The position numbers and the translations under genes are program-made. A stretch of DNA of 49,213 bases from an uncultured Candidatus Melainabacteria bacterium (GTDB taxonomy: Bacteria > Cyanobacteriota > Vampirovibrionia > Gastranaerophilales > Gastranaerophilaceae): contig CALAFU010000170.1 of NCBI GenBank assembly GCA_937891325.1, positions 1-49,213 on the forward strand, read 5' to 3'. Positions 43,053 through 49,213 of the stretch are shown here, piece by piece; the first letter of the stretch is position 1; each line of letters begins with the position of its first letter. The notes beneath the pieces were generated by a model, which did no database searches, was not told the origin of the DNA, and saw only the letters and a list, made by a program, of their open reading frames with translations.

Positions 43053-43389
43053 ATGCTTGATGATACAGATGAATTGAATGCTTTTGCTGATAAGCTAGCA
43101 AAACATTTATCAACTATTAAAGAAAACGGAGTATCTGAATTTGAAGTCCTTCAATATGAAAAGGATAAAAGTTTTTAGTATTAACAAAAATACTGGACAA
43201 TATTGTTTAGTCAGTACATCACGTGAAATTTATATCCCTGAAACAACTTTTTGTGAATTGAATATTGATGATTTTGATATGTTGTATAAATATCAAGACA
43301 ATCTGAATGAATTAGATATTTATATTTATATGAATGATGCTACTATCAAAATTCGTGATATTGGTGAAACAACATTGAATAAACTTTAA
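43053..43389 (+). pseudogene. array member split by a +1 frameshift (paralogue of 47051..47377)
   Basis: Frame A gives MLDDTDELNAFADKLAKHLSTIKENGVSEFEVLQYEKDKSF-stop. Frame B gives SINKNTGQYCLV...IKIRDIGETTLNKL-stop. Together they are colinear with the intact 47051 ORF. The break lies at the T5 run 43172-43176. Confidence 0.6.
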
Positions 43390-43787
43390 ATGTTTTCAAG
43401 ACATACGGTACCAATGTCTTTTTCTTTTACTACATATACATTTATTTGTTTATTGAATTCAAGTTTAACTTGACCTCGCTTTAATTTAGAAACATGTGAC
43501 AACAATTTATTGTCAATATGAATTACATCAGTTAAATATATTGGTTCATCCATATCAGTAAACGATACGACATTTAAAAGAATCGGTGTCATATGCTCAT
43601 CTAATATATAGCTATTACTGTTGTCAAACTGTATTGTGGCTTTTTTAATATAAAACCTTTGCTTAAGATATTGACCACCTTGTAGTTTTAATATCTCATC
43701 AGTGTATGAGATACCTTGCAACAAATTTGTAAGCGTTGTATTTATATCATTATTATTATTATTATTATTATTATTAATCATAAACAA
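43386..43787 (-). CDS. array member (inverted), tail family, with N-terminal poly-Asn (133 aa)
   Basis: Starts MFMINNNNNNNNND; ends VKEKDIGTVCLENI-stop. Confidence 0.7.
   Translation of the reverse strand: MFMINNNNNNNNNDINTTLTNLLQGISYTDEILKLQGGQYLKQRFYIKKATIQFDNSNSYILDEHMTPILLNVVSFTDMDEPIYLTDVIHIDNKLLSHVSKLKRGQVKLEFNKQINVYVVKEKDIGTVCLENI
43749..43775. repeat. (ATT)9 trinucleotide microsatellite, encoding Asn9 on the minus strand
   Basis: Direct reading. Confidence 0.9.
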
Positions 43788-43851
43788 ACCTTAACCATTT
43801 ATCTGCTATTAGAAGATAGCAACTGTATCGTTTTCTGTCAACACAAAGTTA

Positions 43852-43879
43852 TTGATTGACAATTCTCTCATGATATAGT
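43852..43879 (+). promoter_or_regulatory. sigma70-type promoter with extended -10
   Basis: TTGATT (43852-43857), 16-nt spacer, TGaTATAGT (43871-43879). The upstream element CTGTCAACACAAA (43835-43847) recurs at 44286-44298. Confidence 0.55.
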
Positions 43880-43916
43880 AATTTAAAATTTAATGAAGAT
43901 TCTTAAGGAAATGATT

Positions 43917-44267
43917 ATGCAACCTTTAGGTTTTATGGAATTATCTAAAAAGCAAATTAAGCTATTGATTAGCAAATTGGATAAAGTCACTTTTCAGTGT
44001 GGTGATGATAGTTACAAATATGTTTGTCCACGTCCATGTTGCATTTTTGACACTGTAGAAGTAGTTAAAGATGATGACGATATTGTATGGTACTATATTG
44101 AAGTGAAAGCATTCTCTACCGTTAACAACTATATCTCTTTTAAAGGTTGTTGGATTAAACAAAAAGAATTCGAATATTTTCTAAAACATAAAATGAGTTT
44201 TCATATTGATAATTGCGATAAATTAGTTTTAGAAGATATTGGACAAACCACTTTAAACAATATTTGA
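43917..44267 (+). CDS. array member, tail family (116 aa)
   Basis: ATG 43917 has AAGGA 7 nt upstream; the in-frame ATG 43893 is an alternative. Ends VLEDIGQTTLNNI-stop. Confidence 0.65.
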   Translation: MQPLGFMELSKKQIKLLISKLDKVTFQCGDDSYKYVCPRPCCIFDTVEVVKDDDDIVWYYIEVKAFSTVNNYISFKGCWIKQKEFEYFLKHKMSFHIDNCDKLVLEDIGQTTLNNI

Positions 44268-44305
44268 TTATAACGAATTTATTGTCTGTCAACACAAACA
44301 CTGTA

Positions 44306-44332
44306 TTGACAATAATCATTTTATGGTATACT
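44306..44332 (+). promoter_or_regulatory. sigma70-type promoter with extended -10
   Basis: TTGACA (44306-44311), 15-nt spacer, TGgTATACT (44324-44332). Confidence 0.55.
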
Positions 44333-44381
44333 ATATACATATAAGTTATGAAAGAAAGGTTGGATGAGATGACAAATTGAG

Positions 44382-44732
44382 ATGACAAATCAGTTGGCAT
44401 TCACAGGTGCTTTTAAGTTATCAAAAGATAATAAAAGGTGTTTAATGAAAAAGTTGAACGGTATTATTGTTGACGATAACATTGTCAGATGTGAGCGCTT
44501 GCGTGATATGGAAACTCAAGTCTATACATATGAAGATAATAATAGCAACGAGTTTTATGATGTAGGTATTGCTGTAAATGGTTTAGATAATGTCTCTTTA
44601 GGTTTTAACTATTTACGAATGCCAGCAGAAGTTTTTAAAGCTGTTTTAAACAGAAATGTAAAGTTTCGTGTTAATAAAGATTGGACCGTTGATATTGAAG
44701 ATATTGGTCTTGCTGTTTTGAACGAGATTTAA
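44382..44732 (+). CDS. array member, tail family (116 aa)
   Basis: Ends DIEDIGLAVLNEI-stop. Preceded by a 13-nt tandem duplication that creates the mini-ORF ATG ACA AAT TGA. Confidence 0.65.
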   Translation: MTNQLAFTGAFKLSKDNKRCLMKKLNGIIVDDNIVRCERLRDMETQVYTYEDNNSNEFYDVGIAVNGLDNVSLGFNYLRMPAEVFKAVLNRNVKFRVNKDWTVDIEDIGLAVLNEI

Positions 44733-44734
44733 CC

Positions 44735-45103
44735 ATGCAATATGATAGTAAGTTGACCAAAAAAGAACGTGTTTGCATTGCAAAAAACATTCGCGGTTTA
44801 AAGTTCAGTGAAAGCTATTTTGATTACCAAGAAGGATGTGAACGTGATGTTGTATACAGTCTTGATAACATTACTGAAAAAAGTATTGGTACATCATATC
44901 AACCACCGTTTACAGATGATGATTGTGTAATGTTTGATGTGACTTGTGAAGTTGTTGGTGATGACAAACAGTTTCGTCGAATCTCTGTATTTGCTGAACC
45001 TGATTTGTTTGATAGAATGAAAAAGAAAGAAGTGTATGTAACAATCAATGGATATGTGTTTTATGAATGTGACATTGGTAATAAAGTATTGAACGATGTC
45101 TAA
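44735..45103 (+). CDS. array member, tail family (122 aa)
   Basis: Ends YECDIGNKVLNDV-stop. Confidence 0.7.
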   Translation: MQYDSKLTKKERVCIAKNIRGLKFSESYFDYQEGCERDVVYSLDNITEKSIGTSYQPPFTDDDCVMFDVTCEVVGDDKQFRRISVFAEPDLFDRMKKKEVYVTINGYVFYECDIGNKVLNDV

Positions 45104-45479
45104 AATATGTTTCAAAAAGCTGTATGATCAGGAACCTGATTCAACCGGTATTGTACATACTAAAAGCTTTATAGGTAATCGTTTTGATAGACGAAGAATG
45201 AAGAAGCTTAAGAAGTATCTTTTATCATCTACGTTCAACACAAAATTTCTTTCTAATTTTAAACCAGACAATGTTTTTGGTATAATGTATGATAAAATTG
45301 ACAACATATTTCTATTGGGCTTTGAGAAAGATGATGTATATTTCTTTTTAATGATTAAAAAAGATTTGTATGATGCCTTTCTTAATTGTAATGAAAAAGA
45401 TTTATATATTGATTTTAATGGGGAAAATTTTATTTTAAATGTACATTCTATTGGGAGTGTGTGTATGAATGACATCTAA
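45096..45479 (+). CDS. array member, tail family, NRYDRRR subfamily (127 aa)
   Basis: SFIGNRFDRRRMKKL; ends NVHSIGSVCMNDI-stop. The start overlaps the upstream tail codons. Confidence 0.7.
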   Translation: MSKICFKKLYDQEPDSTGIVHTKSFIGNRFDRRRMKKLKKYLLSSTFNTKFLSNFKPDNVFGIMYDKIDNIFLLGFEKDDVYFFLMIKKDLYDAFLNCNEKDLYIDFNGENFILNVHSIGSVCMNDI

Positions 45480-45813
45480 AGTAAAACATATATCATTTGA
45501 GCAAAAAGTAAAATGGTTACGTAATTTCTTTTGTGAAAAAACATTTATCATATTTAATACTATTAACAACACATATGAAACGGTTGTATGCACAAAGCTT
45601 GATAGCATTGTTAATACTGAAAAAGATTATGTGGCAATATATGATAGCAATAATAATCCATATTCTTTTTGGCACATTCATGTTGATGTTGATACTTTTA
45701 ATATGATAATGTCAATTGACAATAATAGGTTTAAGGTTAAGTTTGCAGGTCGTCATAGTAATCTTCGATTATATATTACAGATATTGGTGAGAGTTGCAT
45801 GAATGAATTGTGA
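45469..45813 (+). CDS. array member, tail family (114 aa)
   Basis: Ends YITDIGESCMNEL-stop; 11-nt overlap with the upstream gene. Confidence 0.7.
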   Translation: MTSKVKHISFEQKVKWLRNFFCEKTFIIFNTINNTYETVVCTKLDSIVNTEKDYVAIYDSNNNPYSFWHIHVDVDTFNMIMSIDNNRFKVKFAGRHSNLRLYITDIGESCMNEL

Positions 45814-46177
45814 TAAAGTACGAATGTGCAATAACATTGATAAATTAAATAGTTGGCTACAGGGTCAAGGATTAATCATATATAATGAATTCACCAATAC
45901 TTATGAACATATCAGACATTTAAAAGTGGTTGACAATGACATTGAAAACAAATTGAATAAAGACCATAAATTTGTTGAATTATCATGTACAGGAAAAATA
46001 AATGTCTATACTGTATTTGAAGATGTTTTTTTAAGCTTGATAGTAAAGAAACAGTTGCTTGAACAGCTTGATAAATTTGATAGCAGTCTTTTTAAAATAA
46101 AAGATATAACACACTACAAACATGCGATTTATTTTGATGTTGAAGATTGTGGTAATGTATGTTTAAATAGTATTTAA
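45803..46177 (+). CDS. array member, tail family (124 aa)
   Basis: Ends DVEDCGNVCLNSI-stop; 11-nt overlap with the upstream gene. Confidence 0.7.
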   Translation: MNCDKVRMCNNIDKLNSWLQGQGLIIYNEFTNTYEHIRHLKVVDNDIENKLNKDHKFVELSCTGKINVYTVFEDVFLSLIVKKQLLEQLDKFDSSLFKIKDITHYKHAIYFDVEDCGNVCLNSI

Positions 46178-46197
46178 TATGAAAGAAGGTAATCAAT

Positions 46198-46530
46198 ATG
46201 ATATTGTCGAAGAAAGATAGAATCATTTTAGCAAAAGCGTTTAACGAAAAGACGTTTACTGATGGTGATTATTCATATACTGTTGAAACAATATCATATA
46301 AAGATGTTGGTGAAGTTTGTGACGACGCTATTATTAATGGTATTGATTATTGTGTCATTGAGGTATTATGTAAAGTTAGATGTAAGTGCAAAACTATCAA
46401 GTCACATTTTGGTTTGTTAATAAAGAAAGATTATTTGAGTTATATTTTAAGCAATCATGTAAAAGTGTATATTGATAGCTTTGTAGTTTATATTGCTGAT
46501 TCAGGTAATGTCGTTTTGAATTCACTTTAA
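46198..46530 (+). CDS. array member, tail family (110 aa)
   Basis: GAAGG RBS; ends YIADSGNVVLNSL-stop. Confidence 0.7.
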   Translation: MILSKKDRIILAKAFNEKTFTDGDYSYTVETISYKDVGEVCDDAIINGIDYCVIEVLCKVRCKCKTIKSHFGLLIKKDYLSYILSNHVKVYIDSFVVYIADSGNVVLNSL

Positions 46531-46547
46531 TATGAGCAGGATAAACA

Positions 46548-46982
46548 TTGAAAAAAAGAATAGGACACAATTGCCAATCATTTAAAAAGTTATCAGAACA
46601 AACAGACGATTGGGTGTATTCAACAATCTTTTTGGGCAACCGTTATGAAAGAAGAAGATTAACATTTCTGATTTCATTACTGTTTGGTAATTATGCAAAC
46701 AAACCTGTCATTTATGATCATATAAAGAAAGAAGTTTTAATTCCAGAATGCCTTTATATAATAACATATAATAATTCCAGCAAAACATATTTTTTTAATA
46801 TAAAATATAAAAACCATAAAGCAAATAGCAATTGTTGTAATGTAGTTGTTTCTAAAGATTTATGGGATGAGATGATTCATTTAAAAAACAAATTTATGGA
46901 TTTATGTTTTGAAATTGATAAAAATAATGTTGTCCATATAGTAAAACAACATGCAGGTTACTCATGTTTGAATAGTATTTAA
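46548..46982 (+). CDS. array member, tail family, NRYDRRR subfamily (144 aa; start uncertain)
   Basis: IFLGNRYERRRLTFLISLLF; ends KQHAGYSCLNSI-stop. The only in-frame start is TTG. A well-placed ATG at 46532 is out of frame by one base across the A7 run 46551-46557. Confidence 0.6.
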   Translation: MKKRIGHNCQSFKKLSEQTDDWVYSTIFLGNRYERRRLTFLISLLFGNYANKPVIYDHIKKEVLIPECLYIITYNNSSKTYFFNIKYKNHKANSNCCNVVVSKDLWDEMIHLKNKFMDLCFEIDKNNVVHIVKQHAGYSCLNSI

Positions 46983-46988
46983 AAGCAG

Positions 46989-47017
46989 TTGACATCTGTT
47001 GTTTGTTATTGTAATAT
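46989..47017 (+). promoter_or_regulatory. sigma70-type promoter
   Basis: TTGACA (46989-46994), 17-nt spacer, TAATAT (47012-47017). Confidence 0.6.
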
Positions 47018-47050
47018 ATTTAATATGATCAATGGGAAAATGTGATTGAA

Positions 47051-47377
47051 ATGAAGTTAACTAATAAACAATTGAAAGCTTTTGCTGATAAGTTGTCCAG
47101 ACATTTATCCAAATGTAAAGAGAATTGGATATCTGAAAATGCGTTTATTGAGTATATAAAAGAAGATAACTTCATTGATGTTGTTAATGGTAATTATCGA
47201 TTGATGACAACGTGTCGTGTACAATATCTTCCAGAAATAGAATATTGTATTTTAGGCATTGATGATTTTGATGTGTTGTATAAATATAGAAACAAGCTTA
47301 ATCAGCTAGATGTCTATATTGCCGATGAAACGATTAAAGTTAGATCAATTGGTCAGATAACATTAAACGAACTGTAG
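47051..47377 (+). CDS. array member, tail family (108 aa)
   Basis: Start at ATG 47051; ends KVRSIGQITLNEL-stop. Intact paralogue of the split gene at 43053. Confidence 0.7.
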   Translation: MKLTNKQLKAFADKLSRHLSKCKENWISENAFIEYIKEDNFIDVVNGNYRLMTTCRVQYLPEIEYCILGIDDFDVLYKYRNKLNQLDVYIADETIKVRSIGQITLNEL

Positions 47378-47378
47378 A

Positions 47379-47870
47379 ATGTTGTTTAGGACAGGTTTAG
47401 CAATGACCAATAAAATAGGCTTTAAAAGGATAAAAGGTTTTAAAAAGAAAAAGCGACGTAATTGTAAGTCTCTTAAAAAGATGTCTGAACAACATGCTAA
47501 TTCACTAGGTTGGATGCATTCAACAATCTTTTTAGGTAACCGTTACGATAGAAGACGGTTGTCATTTCTAATATCATTGTTATTCGATTGTATTCAAGGA
47601 AAGTCTGTTTTATACGATTCGAGTAGTTCGCAAATCTTAACACCTGAAAAGATCACAAACGTTTCATATAACGCAATCGAGAAACAATATTATTTTCAAA
47701 TTCAATGTGTTGGTTATCATTATGTCCTTTTGATTATTTCACAAAAGTTGTGGCATGAATTGACTCATTTAAAAAACAAATATAGTGATTTAAAATATGA
47801 AACTGATGATATAGGTAACGAACATTTAGAAAAGCGTCAAATTGGGGAAGCGTGTTTAGGTAACATATAA
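47379..47870 (+). CDS. array member, tail family, NRYDRRR subfamily (163 aa)
   Basis: Basic N-terminus KRIKGFKKKKRRNCKSLKKMSEQ, then IFLGNRYDRRRLSFLISLLF; ends KRQIGEACLGNI-stop. Confidence 0.7.
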   Translation: MLFRTGLAMTNKIGFKRIKGFKKKKRRNCKSLKKMSEQHANSLGWMHSTIFLGNRYDRRRLSFLISLLFDCIQGKSVLYDSSSSQILTPEKITNVSYNAIEKQYYFQIQCVGYHYVLLIISQKLWHELTHLKNKYSDLKYETDDIGNEHLEKRQIGEACLGNI

Positions 47871-47975
47871 ATAAATTTTTATATAAAATCATATAAATAT
47901 TCCTTGTATCTTTATTAAAAAGATGATGTCTAAATCTATAGGGTATTACTATCATGAGAGAGATATTTAAAAAGG

Positions 47976-48350
47976 TTGTTGAGAAAAATAGGTTTTGTAA
48001 AAAGATTTTTATTAAATCGTTATGACAGGCGTCGGTGTAATAAAATTAGAAAAGCGTTTGTAGGAAGAAAAACTGAAGCGTACAATGTAGGTAATGAACA
48101 ATATGAAAATTTAACAATTGACGATGTGTATTTGCTTTACTATAACAGAAACCTTAATCAATACAGTTTTGTTTTTACATTCTCAAACGGTCACAGCACA
48201 ACAGTCTTTTTGGATGGAACATTATATGATAACTTGAAACATGTTGATAGCAAACAGTTAGGAACGGTGGTTGTTCTTTTACATTCAGATCGTTTCGAAC
48301 AGTACATTGTTTTAAATGATGTCGGAAACACCTGTTTAAAAGAGATTTAA
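47976..48350 (+). CDS. array member, tail family, NRYDRRR subfamily (124 aa; start uncertain)
   Basis: RFLLNRYDRRRCNKI; ends VLNDVGNTCLKEI-stop. TTG start. The ATG at 47954 is out of frame by one base across the A5 run 47969-47973. Confidence 0.6.
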   Translation: MLRKIGFVKRFLLNRYDRRRCNKIRKAFVGRKTEAYNVGNEQYENLTIDDVYLLYYNRNLNQYSFVFTFSNGHSTTVFLDGTLYDNLKHVDSKQLGTVVVLLHSDRFEQYIVLNDVGNTCLKEI

Positions 48351-48440
48351 ATTTTGATATCTTTTAAAGTTAAATATTTTATACATAGGGTGTTGTAAGG
48401 TATGATATATTTTGCTTAACAATCAGAAAGATGTTTTGAG

Positions 48441-48794
48441 ATGATTGAAGATGGTATTAATGGTATTATAAAGAAAGTGTCCGATTGGTTTGTAGGTCGA
48501 ACGGTTAATATACCTGATTGCAACAAAACTTTAACGATTCATGTGAATGAGTTTATTCCTTCAGATACATTCCTTCAGTTTGATGGTCTTTATTTACATT
48601 TTTATGGTAAAGATATAAACAATAATGAAGAGAAAATTCGTTTAATTTTGTTTGTTGATATAGATCTTTTTGATGCTGTAGGATCAACAAACAGTAAATT
48701 CTTTAGGTGTTCAAAGAGATTTGTTGCTTTTTTAGGCTATAGACTTTTCTTTGAGCTCGCTGATTTAAATGAAGAGTGTCTTGAAAGTATTTGA
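48441..48794 (+). CDS. array member, tail family variant (117 aa)
   Basis: Ends FELADLNEECLESI-stop, with N in place of the conserved G. Confidence 0.65.
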   Translation: MIEDGINGIIKKVSDWFVGRTVNIPDCNKTLTIHVNEFIPSDTFLQFDGLYLHFYGKDINNNEEKIRLILFVDIDLFDAVGSTNSKFFRCSKRFVAFLGYRLFFELADLNEECLESI

Positions 48795-48806
48795 AAAGGT
48801 TATTCT

Positions 48807-49172
48807 ATGCAGTTTAAACATACTAATAAGGACATTATTGATAAATGTGAAGCTATCCTTTTAAAGGTTGTAAACATTAATGATATTCATTATAGTAATG
48901 ACATGTTTTCAGCCGGGAGAATTTCAACGATATCTGATCCACCGTATAGAAAAAAAGAAAAAGGTATATATTTGTTTGTAAATGCAACAAGACATTCAAC
49001 AAATAAAAAAGATTCAGTGTTGTGTATTTACGTTTGTAACGAGTTATTAGAACTAGACAAACAAGAAATAATCAATAAACAATTTAAAATTGAGAATATA
49101 AAGAGTAACTTGTTAAATTATTTGAATGTTTTCGAAATTGATATTGGTGAATCTGTTTTGGAATCTTTTTAA
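48807..49172 (+). CDS. array member, tail family (121 aa)
   Basis: Ends VFEIDIGESVLESF-stop. Confidence 0.7.
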   Translation: MQFKHTNKDIIDKCEAILLKVVNINDIHYSNDMFSAGRISTISDPPYRKKEKGIYLFVNATRHSTNKKDSVLCIYVCNELLELDKQEIINKQFKIENIKSNLLNYLNVFEIDIGESVLESF

Positions 49173-49186
49173 TGTGTGGAAGTGTA

Positions 49187-49213
49187 ATGAAAGAAGTAGC
49201 AGACCCTTTTATT
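49187..49213 (+). CDS. hypothetical protein, 5' end (truncated by window edge)
   Basis: ATG at 49187 behind GGAAG; the frame is open to the window end, so the array may continue. Confidence 0.35.

Noticed and set aside
1-49213. Diversity-generating retroelement, retron or other reverse-transcriptase-based mechanism to explain the hypervariable family.
   Set aside because: No ORF in the window has RT motifs (YxDD). I saw no template/variable nucleotide repeat pair. Family members differ throughout their length, not at adenine-specific positions.

Overview
This 49.2-kb window looks like part of a large, AT-rich tailed-phage genome. Recognisable genes are few:
- T4-type rIIA and probable rIIB homologues
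- a MoxR-type AAA+ ATPase next to a VWA/HExxH protein
- an EcoRI-family N6-adenine methyltransferase
- a DUF262-HNH nuclease
- a resolvase homologue lacking catalytic residues
- a DUF805 membrane protein

No structural, replication or lysis genes could be recognised; most of the roughly 100 ORFs are orphans. Transcription is almost entirely rightward, with only three convincing leftward genes. RBSs are Shine-Dalgarno type (AAGGAG) and promoters fit TTGACA-N15-18-TATAGT, often with an extended TG. Several clear rho-independent terminators are present.

Three things stand out:
1. About 40% of the ORFs end in the same C-terminal tail, h-x-[DE]-[IV]-G-x3-L-x2-[ILV]-stop. This includes a tandem array of 22 small paralogues at 38.6-49.2 kb and an rIIB-like protein.
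2. A 2.5-kb stretch (3.7-6.2 kb) has no ORF of 60 aa or more. It holds a decayed IS1595-type transposase relic, short tandem repeats, a consensus promoter and about 1 kb of densely hairpinned sequence that looks like one or two large structured RNAs.
3. An intergenic region at 34.9-35.3 kb has an AT palindrome, GC-rich hairpins and AAAAGG iterons.

Composition is mosaic. My spot counts of single 60-nt lines gave about 40% G+C in 6.2-30.5 kb against about 23-25% in both flanks. No tRNA, rRNA or CRISPR array was seen. All family assignments come from motifs I recognise by eye and memory, not from searches.
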